Assembly: GCA_963708135.1 (NCBI GenBank)
Contig: OY970192.1
Location: 1,152,001-1,216,000 of the forward strand
Length of the DNA stretch: 64,000 nucleotides
Reading direction: 5' to 3'
From: an uncultured Gemmatimonadales bacterium
Lineage (GTDB): Bacteria; Gemmatimonadota; Gemmatimonadetes; Longimicrobiales; RSA9
A program made the translations under genes and the position numbers. Shown here piece by piece: positions 48,308 through 56,839 of the stretch (positions are counted from its first letter, which is position 1; every line of letters starts with the position of its first letter). The notes below the pieces were generated by a model. That model saw only the letters and a list, made by a program, of their open reading frames with translations, ran no database searches and was not told the origin of the DNA.

Positions 48308-49728
48308 GCGGACGCATCCTGATCGTCGATGACGATCGCTCCCACCGGACCGCGCTGGAGATGCACCTCTCCGGCAGCTACGAGGTGATGGCGGTCGAGA
48401 GCGCGGAGCGCGCGCTCGGCGTGCTGGCCCGCTTCGAGCCCGACATCGTGCTCACGGACGTGCGCATGGACGGCATGGACGGCTTCGAGCTGCTCGGCAA
48501 GGTGCGCGAGCACCGGCCCGACATGGACGTCATCCTCATGACCGCCTACGACGACCTCCAGGGCGTCATCGACGCCATGAAGGCCGGCGCCTACGACTAC
48601 CTGCTCAAGCCGATGCGCCTCGACGACCTCGACGCGCGCATCCTGCGCTGCTTCCGCGGCCGCGAGGCGAAGCGCAAGACGGCCGCCGCGGAGCCGCTGC
48701 CGCCGCCCAGGAACCTCATGGGCCTGGTCGGCCGCGACCCGCGCATCATCGAGATCTTCAAGACCATCGGCCAGCTCGCGCAGACGCGCGCGCCCGTCCT
48801 CATCCGCGGCGAGACCGGCACCGGCAAGGAGATCATCGCGCGCACCGTGCATGCGAACTCCGTGGCCGCCGACGCGCCCTTCATCGCCGTCAACTGCACG
48901 GCCATCCCGGAGACGCTGCTCGAGTCCGAGCTCTTCGGCCACGTGAAGGGCGCCTTCACGGGCGCGACCGGCGACCGGCGCGGCTGCTTCGAGCTGGCGG
49001 GGGAGGGGACCCTCTTCCTCGACGAGATCGGCGACACCACCCCCGCCTTCCAGGCCAAGCTCCTGCGCGTGCTCCAGGAGAAGGAGTTCTACCCGGTCGG
49101 CAGCGAGCAGCCGCGCCGCACCAGCGCCCGCGTCGTGGCCGCCACGCACCGCCCCGTCGAGCGCCTGGTCGAGGAGCAGCTCTTCCGCGAGGACCTCTAC
49201 TTCCGCCTGCGCGTGGTGGAGATCCGCGTGCCCCCGCTGCGCGAGCGCCGCGGGGACGTCCCCCTCCTCGTGCAGAGCATCCTCGAGCGCGTCAGCCGCG
49301 AGAGCCACGGCCCGATCCCCCAGGTGCCGCCCGCCGTCATGGCCGCGCTCACCGCCTACGACTGGCCCGGCAACATCCGCGAGCTGGAGAACGCCCTCAC
49401 GCGCGCCTCCATCCTCGCCCAGGGCGGCGTCATGCGCCTCGAGGACCTCGAGCTCGGCCACCCCGGCGGCGACGCCGAGCCGGAGCAGCGCCCCGCCTCC
49501 GGCGCCGCGCCCGAGCCCGCCGCCGCCGCCCCCTACGCCGGCGACGAGGCCGACGCCGTCTTCACCATGGTCGGCGCCGATGCCACCCTCGACGACATCC
49601 AGCGCGAGCACGTCGCGCGCGTGCTCAGCCGCCTCGGCGGCAACAAGTCCGTGGCCGCCAAGCTGCTCGGCATCTCGCGCCCCCGCCTCAACCGGCTGCT
49701 CGAGCGTTTCGGGCTGGAAGGGGAGTAG
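48304..49728 (+). CDS. sigma54-dependent response regulator (NtrC/AtoC family)
   Basis: ILIVDDD, GETGTGKE, ESELFGHVKGAFTGA, WPGNIREL, C-terminal Fis-type HTH. Confidence 0.95.
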   Translation: MSGRILIVDDDRSHRTALEMHLSGSYEVMAVESAERALGVLARFEPDIVLTDVRMDGMDGFELLGKVREHRPDMDVILMTAYDDLQGVIDAMKAGAYDYLLKPMRLDDLDARILRCFRGREAKRKTAAAEPLPPPRNLMGLVGRDPRIIEIFKTIGQLAQTRAPVLIRGETGTGKEIIARTVHANSVAADAPFIAVNCTAIPETLLESELFGHVKGAFTGATGDRRGCFELAGEGTLFLDEIGDTTPAFQAKLLRVLQEKEFYPVGSEQPRRTSARVVAATHRPVERLVEEQLFREDLYFRLRVVEIRVPPLRERRGDVPLLVQSILERVSRESHGPIPQVPPAVMAALTAYDWPGNIRELENALTRASILAQGGVMRLEDLELGHPGGDAEPEQRPASGAAPEPAAAAPYAGDEADAVFTMVGADATLDDIQREHVARVLSRLGGNKSVAAKLLGISRPRLNRLLERFGLEGE

Positions 49729-49731
49729 TCC

Positions 49732-51813
49732 TCAGCCATCGCTTTCCGCGGCCGGCTCGCCCGTGGGCGGGCGCCGGCGTGCCGCGCGCGAGGCCGCGCG
49801 CGGCGCCGGCTGGAAGAGCAGCCACAGCCCGGCGCCGAGCGAGAGGAGCGCCGGCGGCAGCAGGTAGAGCCGCGGCGCGCCGCCGGGCGCCAGCAGGAAC
49901 GCGGCGACGCCGGGCCGCGCGGCAAGCAGGAGCAGCGCGGCGTTGTTCAGCAGGTGCATGAGCGAGCTGGTGAAGATCGAGCGCGTGCGCCAGACCACCG
50001 TGGCCAGCAGCAGGCCGACCCAGGCCGTGGGCAGGAAGCGGAACACCGTCTCGTAGGAGAGGTGGAAGGCGCCGAAGAGCAGCGCGTTCAGCAGCAAGGC
50101 CGTGACGGCCAGGCGGAAGCGGCGGCTGCCCGACAGCAGGATCCCGCGGAACACGACCTCCTCGCAGATGGCCGGCGTGACGGCGGTGGCGAGCAGCATG
50201 AGCAGCAGCTCGCGCCCGGACGTGGCGGTGAGCAACCCGGCCATCCCGCGCAGCAGCCCTTCCGGCAGCGCGATCACCAGCTTCTGCGCCCACGCCAGGT
50301 ACCAGCCGAGCGGCAGCCCGCCCGCCATCACGAGGAGGCCGGCGAGGAGCTCGCGCGGTGCGGGCCGGCGCAGCGCCAGCGTCGCCTTCGGGTCGTAGCC
50401 GCCCAGGAACACGAACGCCAGCGCCGGCAGGAACAGGAGCAGCCACTCCGCCAGCATGGTTCCGCGCAGGGCCGCCGCGGCCGAGGGGCCGGAGACGAAC
50501 GTGCGCCCCACGTAGAAGTAGAGCGCCGCCACGAGCGCCACGAACGCCACCGCCTCGCCGGCGCGCGGCAGCCGCCCGCCGTGCGCGCCGAACGAGCCGA
50601 GGAGCGCCCCTAGCCGGCGCGGCGAGGCGCGGTGCTCGTCCGAGCCGAACAGCACCTCCTCGCTGCCGAACCCGCGCGCCGCGAAGAGCAGCGCCAGCAC
50701 GGCATAGAGCGTGGTGGTGGCCACCGCGATCACGGCCAGCCCGGGGTCCGCCTGCCCCGCCAGCAGCTCCCGGATCAGCAGCGCGATTCCCGCCACGGGC
50801 ACCGCGGCGAGCGCCGGCGTCATGGCGATCCCGGGGATCCCCGGCAGCATCGCGGGCAGCACGGCCAGCGTGTAGATCGGCGTGAGCACGTTCTGCGCTT
50901 CCTTGAGGGAGCGCGCGCGTGTGGCCAGGCCGAGGAACACGCCGGCGAAGAGGATCGCCACGGGCGCGAGCGTCGCCAGGATCAGCGCCGTCGTCTGCCA
51001 GTCGAGCACGCCGCCGAAGCCGCCCTGGCCCGCGATCCCGGCCAGCCCCGCGTTCAGCGTCAGGTAGATGCTGCCCACGTTCAGCACCGCCGCGAAGATC
51101 CCCATGATCGCCACCGTGGCGAACTTGCCGGCCACGATCTGCCACGCGGGCACGGGCGCCGTGACGAGCGCCTCCAGCGTGCCGCGCTCCTTCTCCCCGG
51201 CGGCCAGGTCGATGGCGGGGTAGAACGTCCCCAGCATGGTGACGAGCACGAGCAGCACCGGCAGGAATCGCCCGAGCGTGAAGCCCGCCGCCTCGAGCGG
51301 CTTCGCCACCGACTCGCTGGTCCGCTCCACCGGCCGGGCCAGCCCCGGCGGGAGCCCGCGCGCCTCCAGGCGCTGGCGCACCAGCGCCGCGCCGTAGTCG
51401 TCGAGCGCCTTGCGGACCTTGCCGAGCGCGAGCTCCGAGGCGCCGCTCCGCTCGTCGTAGAAGAGCTTCACTCTCAGCGTGAGCCCGCTGTCCGCCGGCT
51501 CCGCGCGCACGAGCAGGTCGACCGTGCCCCGCCGCACGGCCGCCTCGCTCATCCCCGGCGGCGCGTCCACCACGCGCACGTGGTCGAGCCCGCGCACGCT
51601 CGCGCCCAGCTCCGCCGGCAGCGCGCCCTGCACCGCCACCGTCGTCGTCCGCGACGCCATGTCCGCCGCGCCCACGAACAGCACCTGCTCCACCAGCACG
51701 AACATCGCCGGATAGAGCAGGATCGGGATCCCGACCATCACGAAGATCGTGCGCCGGTCCCGGACCGTCTCCCGGACCTCCTTCTTCAGGATCGCCCACC
51801 ACGCGCGGCTCAT
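49732..51813 (-). CDS. natB: NatB-like ABC-2 permease fused to a CPBP (CAAX/Abi) intramembrane metalloprotease domain
   Basis: KKEVRETVRDRRT, AGEKERGTLEAL, PAICEEVVFRG, FGAFH, HLLNN. Confidence 0.85.
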   Translation of the reverse strand: MSRAWWAILKKEVRETVRDRRTIFVMVGIPILLYPAMFVLVEQVLFVGAADMASRTTTVAVQGALPAELGASVRGLDHVRVVDAPPGMSEAAVRRGTVDLLVRAEPADSGLTLRVKLFYDERSGASELALGKVRKALDDYGAALVRQRLEARGLPPGLARPVERTSESVAKPLEAAGFTLGRFLPVLLVLVTMLGTFYPAIDLAAGEKERGTLEALVTAPVPAWQIVAGKFATVAIMGIFAAVLNVGSIYLTLNAGLAGIAGQGGFGGVLDWQTTALILATLAPVAILFAGVFLGLATRARSLKEAQNVLTPIYTLAVLPAMLPGIPGIAMTPALAAVPVAGIALLIRELLAGQADPGLAVIAVATTTLYAVLALLFAARGFGSEEVLFGSDEHRASPRRLGALLGSFGAHGGRLPRAGEAVAFVALVAALYFYVGRTFVSGPSAAAALRGTMLAEWLLLFLPALAFVFLGGYDPKATLALRRPAPRELLAGLLVMAGGLPLGWYLAWAQKLVIALPEGLLRGMAGLLTATSGRELLLMLLATAVTPAICEEVVFRGILLSGSRRFRLAVTALLLNALLFGAFHLSYETVFRFLPTAWVGLLLATVVWRTRSIFTSSLMHLLNNAALLLLAARPGVAAFLLAPGGAPRLYLLPPALLSLGAGLWLLFQPAPRAASRAARRRPPTGEPAAESDG

Positions 51814-52592
51814 GCGCGCGCCCCGGCGGTGGTGTGCCGGGTGATCAGGCGCAGGAACGCCCGGGCGAGGTTCGGTTGCTCGGTCTCCTCGAGCAGCGTC
51901 TCCAGGCTGCCCTCCGCCACCAGCCGCCCCTCCACGAGAATGCCGAGCCGCTCCGCCAGCAGCTCGGCACTCTCCATCTGGTGCGTCGAGAACAGCACCG
52001 CCTTCCCGCGCGCCTGCTCCTCGTAGATGAACGCGTGGATGCTCTCCGCGCTCACCACGTCCAGACCGTTCGTCGGCTCGTCCAGCACCACCACCGCAGG
52101 ATCGTGGATCACCGCCCGCGCGATCGCCACCCGCTGCCGCTGCCCCGTTGACAGCCGCCCGCAGTAGCGGCCCGCGAACTCCGTGATCCCGAAGCGCGCC
52201 ACCAGCTCGTCCACCCGCTCCGAGAGCCGTGCCCCGCCCAGCCCGTGCAGCTCGCCGAACAGCCGCAGAAACTCCACCGGCGTGTGCCGCTCGTAGAGCC
52301 CCATCGACGCCGACAGGAAGCCGATCCGCCGCCGCGCCTCCAGCGGCCGCTCCGCCACGTCCAGCCCCGCCACCCGCACCGTGCCCGCGCTCGGCGCCAG
52401 CAGTGTCGCCGCGCAGCGCAGCGCCGTCGTCTTCCCCGCGCCGTTCGGCCCCAGCAGCCCGTAGATCTCCCCCGACCGCACGGTCAGCGTGAGATCCCGG
52501 ACGGCCTCGGTTTCGCCGTACGATTTGCTGAGGTGATCGAACTCGATCAAGGCCGCTCCCGGGAGGCTCGCTCCTCCTGCTCTCAGCGACAT
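51810..52592 (-). CDS. natA: NatA-like ABC transporter ATP-binding protein (start may be TTG at 52550)
   Basis: GPNGAGKTT, LSTGQRQRV, LDEPTNGLD, STH. Confidence 0.88.
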   Translation of the reverse strand: MSLRAGGASLPGAALIEFDHLSKSYGETEAVRDLTLTVRSGEIYGLLGPNGAGKTTALRCAATLLAPSAGTVRVAGLDVAERPLEARRRIGFLSASMGLYERHTPVEFLRLFGELHGLGGARLSERVDELVARFGITEFAGRYCGRLSTGQRQRVAIARAVIHDPAVVVLDEPTNGLDVVSAESIHAFIYEEQARGKAVLFSTHQMESAELLAERLGILVEGRLVAEGSLETLLEETEQPNLARAFLRLITRHTTAGARA

Positions 52593-52608
52593 GAAGGGCG
52601 TCCCGGCG

Positions 52609-53760
52609 AAGGGCGTTCCACGCGGAGACGCCGGGGAGCGGAGTCATTGTAGCGGTTCACGATGCGTCCCGATCCTTTCCGAGCGTTGCGACCACGACCG
52701 GCCCTTCACACGACCGCACCTTCACCGTTTTCGAAGGGCGTTCCACGCGGAGACGCCGGGGAGCGGAGTCATTGTAGCGGTTCACGGTGCGTCCCGATCC
52801 CTTCCGAGCGTTGCGACCACGACCGGCCCTTCACACGACCGCCCCTTCACCGTTTTCGAAGGGCGTTCCACGCGGAGACGCTGGGGAGCGGAGTCATTGT
52901 AGCGGTTCATGATGCGTCCCGATCCTTTCCGAGCGTTGCGACCACGACCGGCCCTTCACACGACCGCACCTTCGCCGTTTTCGAAGGGCGTTCCACGCGG
53001 AGACGCCGGGGAGCGGAGTCATTGTAGCGGTTCACGGTGCGTCCCGATCCTTTCCGAGCGTTGCGACCACGACCGGCCCTTCACACGACCGCACCTTCAC
53101 CGTTTTCGAAGGGCGTTCCACGCGGAGACGCCGGGGAGCGGAGTCATTGTAGCGGTTCACGATGCGTCCCGATCCCTTCATGAGCGTTGCGGCCACGACC
53201 GGCCCTTCACACGACCGCCCCTTCACCGTTTTCGAAGGGCGTTCCACGCGGAGACGCTGGGGAGCGGAGTCATTGTAGCGGTTCACGATGCGTCCCGATC
53301 CCTTCATGAGCGTTGCGGCCACGACCGGCCCTTCACCGTTCGAAGGGCGTTCCACGCGGAGACGCCGGGGAGCGGAGTCATTGTAGCGGTTCACGATGCG
53401 TCCCGATCCCTTCATGAGCGTTGCGGCCACGACCGGCCCTTCACCGTTTTCGAAGGGCGTTCCACGCGGAGACGCCGGGGAGCGGAGTCATTGTAGCGGT
53501 TCACGGTGCGTCCCGATCCCTTCATGAGCGTTGCGGCCACGACCGGCCCTTCACCGTTCGAAGGGCGTTCCACGCGGAGACGCCGGGAGCGGAGTCATTG
53601 TAGCCGCGCACCACGCGTCCCGATCCCTGTACGTGCGACCACGACCGGCCTTTCACCGTTCGAAGGGCGTTCCACGCGGAGACGCCGGGGAGCGGAGTCA
53701 TTGTAGCGGTTCACGATGCGTCTCGATCCCTGTATGAGCGTTGCGGCCACGACCGGCCAC
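52609..53760. repeat. tandem array of 10 units (102-126 bp), each a 28-bp motif plus a copy of the GxxExxY gene 3' end
   Basis: TTCCACGCGGAGACG begins at 52616, 52741, 52866, 52991, 53116, 53242, 53350, 53460, 53568, 53670. Confidence 0.95.
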
Positions 53761-53764
53761 TCCA

Positions 53765-54337
53765 CTAAGCGGACCCAGGCGGAGCGCCTCCTGGAAGCGG
53801 GTCCCTGTGTTCTCCGCTCCCGCTGCGTCTCCGCGTGGAACGCGGCCGACCCGGCCGACCCGGCTGACCCGGCTGACCCGGCTGACCCGGCTGACCCGGC
53901 TGACCCGGCTGACCCGGCTGACCCGGCCCTTCCACGCCGAGAGGCCGAGGAGCGGAGTCCACGTAGCCGTTCACGACGCGCTTGAATCCCTGCATGAGCG
54001 TTGCTCCGCCGAAATTGATCAACAGCCCCAGACGCAGGTCCAGGAGCCTCAGGTAGGTCAGGACCTGCTTCCAGTGCACCGGCGCGAGGCGGTCCACCGA
54101 CTTGATCTCGACCACGACAACCCCTTCGACCAGCAGGTCCAGGCGGAAGGCCTCTTCGAAGCGGATCCCCTCCAGCTCGAGTGGGATCCGCTTCTGGCGC
54201 TCGACGTGGAGCCCGCGCCGCTCGAGGTCCCTCTTGAGGAGGGCCTCGTAAACCGATTCGAGCAGCCCCGGTCCATAGCGACGATGCACGCCAATGGCGG
54301 AATCGAGGATCTCGCCCGACACAAAATCCAGGTCCAT
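53765..54337 (-). CDS. GxxExxY protein (PD-(D/E)XK nuclease superfamily)
   Basis: GPGLLESVYE, FRLDLLVEGVVVVEIKSV, QVLTYL, GLLINFG; ORF reads through the flanking repeat. Confidence 0.93.
   Translation of the reverse strand: MDLDFVSGEILDSAIGVHRRYGPGLLESVYEALLKRDLERRGLHVERQKRIPLELEGIRFEEAFRLDLLVEGVVVVEIKSVDRLAPVHWKQVLTYLRLLDLRLGLLINFGGATLMQGFKRVVNGYVDSAPRPLGVEGPGQPGQPGQPGQPGQPGQPGQPGRPGRPRSTRRRSGSGEHRDPLPGGAPPGSA
53842..53928. repeat. 9-bp microsatellite (CCCGGCTGA)n, read as (PGQ)n at the GxxExxY C-terminus
   Basis: About 9 copies of cccggc(t/c)ga. Confidence 0.9.
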
Positions 54338-54373
54338 GCCGCGTTCTCCGCTCCCCCGCGTCTCCGCGTGGAA
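53930..54373. mobile_element. putative 444-bp GxxExxY unit bounded by 28-bp inverted repeats
   Basis: TTCCACGCCGAGAGGCCGAGGAGCGGAG at 53930 and CTCCGCTCCCCCGCGTCTCCGCGTGGAA at 54346-54373. Confidence 0.55.
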
Positions 54374-56052
54374 CGCTGCCGATCCGTCCGGGGCGCAGGA
54401 ATAGACGGATGCGCCGGAGCTGGTCGTCCACGCGCGCGCCGAACGTCAGTCTGGGCCGCTCCCGGCAGGCTCGCGCCCTGCAGAACAGTCGGGTGCGGCC
54501 TCCTGCGGCAGCGTTGCCGTCTCCCTCCGGGGCAGGGCTCCGTTCGCCCACCCCGGTATCCGCGGGCCGTTTCACGCAGAGACGCCGGGGAGCGGAGTCA
54601 TCGTAGCGGTTCACGATGCGCCCCGATCCCTGTACGAGCGTTGCGGCCACGACCGGCCTTTCACCGTTTTCGAAGGGCGTTCCACGCGGAGACGCCGGGG
54701 AGCGGAGTTGTTGGAGCCGCGCACCACGCGTCCCGATCCCTTCATGAGCGTTGCTCCGCCGGCGCGAGGCAGCCGGAAGACCTCTTCGAAGCGGACCCTA
54801 TCCAGCTCGAGTGGGATCCGCCTCTGGCCCTCGACGTGGAGCCCGCGCCGCTCGGCCAGGTCCATGCCGCGTGCTCCGCTCCCCCGCGTCTCCGCGTGGA
54901 ACGCTGCCGATCCGTCCGGGGCGCAGGAATAGACGGATGCGCCGGAGCTGGTCGTCCACGCGCGCGCCGAACGTCAGTCTGGGCCGCTCCCGGCAGGCTC
55001 GCGCCCTGCAGAACAGTCGGGTGCGGCCTCCTGCGGCAGCGTTGCCGTCTCCCTCCGGGGCAGGGCTCCGTTCGCCCACCCCGGTATCCGCGGGCCGTTT
55101 CACGCAGAGACGCCGGGGAGCGGAGTCATCGTAGCGGTTCACGATGCGCCCCGATCCCTGTACGAGCGTTGCGGCCACGACCGGCCTTTCACCGTTTTCG
55201 AAGGGCGTTCCACGCGGAGACGCCGGGGAGCGGAGTTGTTGGAGCCGCGCACCACGCGTCCCGATCCCTTCATGAGCGTTCCGGCCACGACCGGCCATTC
55301 CGCTAAGCGGACGCAGGCGGAGCGCCTCCTGGAAGCGGGTCCCTGTGTGCTCCGCTCCCGCTGCGTCTCCGCGTGGAACGCGGCCGACCCGGCCGACCCG
55401 GCCCTTCCACGCCGAGACGCCGGGGAGCGGAGTCCTCGTAGCGGTTCACCACACGCGCTCGAACCCTCCATGAGCGTTGCTCCGCCGGCGCGAGGCAGGC
55501 GGAAGACCTCTTCGAAGCGGATCCCGTCCAGCTCGGGTGGGATCCGCCTCTGGCGCTCGACGTGGAGCCCGCGCCGCTCGGCCAGGTCCATGCCGCGTTC
55601 TCCGCTCCCCCGCGTCTCCGCGTGGAACGCTGCCGATCCGTCCGGGGCGCAGGAATAGGCGGATGCGCCGGAGCTGGCCGCGGGCCCTTCCACGCCGAGA
55701 CGCCGGGGAGCGGAGTCCTCGTAGCGGTTCACCACACGCGCTCGAACCCTCCATGAGCGTTGCTCCGCCGGCGCGAGGCAGGCGGAAGACCTCTTCGAAG
55801 CGGACCCTATCCAGCTCGAGTGGGATCCGCCTCTGGCGCTCGACGTGGAGCCCGCGCCGCTCGTCCAGGTCCATGCCGCGTTCTCCGCTCCCCCGCGTCT
55901 CCGCGTGGAACGCTGCCGATCCGGCGGAAGACCTCTTCGAAGCGGATCCCGTCCAGCTCGAGTGGGGTCCGCATCTGGCCCTCGACGTGGAGCCCGCGCC
56001 GCTCGGCCAGGTCCACGCCGCGTTCTCCGCTCCCCCGCGTCTCCGCGTGGAA
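54374..56052. repeat. mosaic of internally deleted GxxExxY mini-copies (54680-54901, 55405-55627, 55688-55910, partial ~55924-56052), 3'-end units and a 528-bp-period duplication
   Basis: Mini-ORFs MDL(A/D)ERRGLHVE..FEEVFRLPRAGGATLM; ccaggtccatgccgcg recurs 528 bp apart. Confidence 0.9.
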
Positions 56053-56082
56053 CGCCGCCGATCCGTCCGGCGGAGCGTCCCT

Positions 56083-56412
56083 TCAAGGCTTCGGCGCCTG
56101 CGGCTCGGAGCTCCCGACCACCCGGTTCACCAGCTCCGTGAACACCTCAGGCGGCACCAGCCCCAGCGTGCCCGGCACCCCGATCAGCGTCAGGAAGTAG
56201 AACAGCGCCCACAGCCGATGGCCCGCTCCCGTCAGGATCGTCAGCAGGACCGAGATCGCGACGATCACCAGCCCCGTGAGGCGCACCGTCCGCCGCGGGC
56301 TCGGCGCGCGCTGCCGCGCCCACCGCGCCAGCCAGTACGCGGCCACCACCGCGCCGCTCACCAGCAGCATCTCCACCGCTCCCAGGATCCCGCCGATCAC
56401 GGAGCCGATCAT
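56083..56412 (-). CDS. small hypothetical membrane protein (~3 TM)
   Basis: 109-aa hydrophobic ORF with coding-like codon usage. Confidence 0.65.
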   Translation of the reverse strand: MIGSVIGGILGAVEMLLVSGAVVAAYWLARWARQRAPSPRRTVRLTGLVIVAISVLLTILTGAGHRLWALFYFLTLIGVPGTLGLVPPEVFTELVNRVVGSSEPQAPKP

Positions 56413-56641
56413 GGCCGCCTCGCCCTTCTCGTAGTGCTCTCAGGGTAGCGCGCCCGTCGCGGGCGCGCGTTCCGATACCTCCGCCCCTGCAGGGACGGGG
56501 CCATGCCGCGCCCTCCCCGCCGCGCCCCCGCCGGCCGCCGCGCGCCCCCGGAATCCGCCGTCCGCGAGCGAAAATCCGCCCGCAACGGGCGCGCGTCGGC
56601 GCACCGCCCGCCGGCGCGCGCGCCGGGCGCACCCGCAAATC

Positions 56642-56747
56642 GTTACAGCCGGGCTGTAACATTTTAGCGGGTTTCAACCTCCGCGCCGTTGCGCGACCGT
56701 TGCGCCACAACGATTTCGGCCGCTCAACCCCATGGCACGCGTCTTGT
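56642..56747 (+). promoter_or_regulatory. putative sigma54 promoter with upstream palindromes
   Basis: GTTACAGCC-G-GGCTGTAAC (56642-56660), CGTTGCGCCACAACG (56698-56712), TGGCACG-CGTC-TTGT (56733-56747). Confidence 0.55.
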
Positions 56748-56839
56748 CTCCGGAAGCGCCGCCTGTCGTGCGCCCGTGGGCCCCGTGCCGTGGCCCGGGG
56801 ACGATGCGCCATCTCCACCGACGTAACAGGGAGTTCCGC

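Noticed and set aside
42153..49611. Long antisense and alternate-frame ORFs (e.g. 42153..44867, 44399..46279, 46325..48250), and similar ones across the window
   Set aside because: Shadow ORFs expected from stop-codon scarcity at this GC content; they overlap well-supported genes.
52609..53760. CRISPR or guide-RNA array
   Set aside because: Sequences between the 28-bp motifs are near-identical and derive from the adjacent gene rather than being unique spacers; no cas genes in the window.
52609..54337. DGR template/variable repeat pair (array unit versus GxxExxY 3' end)
   Set aside because: Differences are not adenine-specific (TCGGGA vs TTCAAG, CGC vs GGC) and no reverse transcriptase is present.
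52592..56085. Outer inverted repeat (TGAAGGG..) or target duplication around the whole GxxExxY composite
   Set aside because: Only about 7 bp match exactly and no direct repeat is evident; too weak to call.
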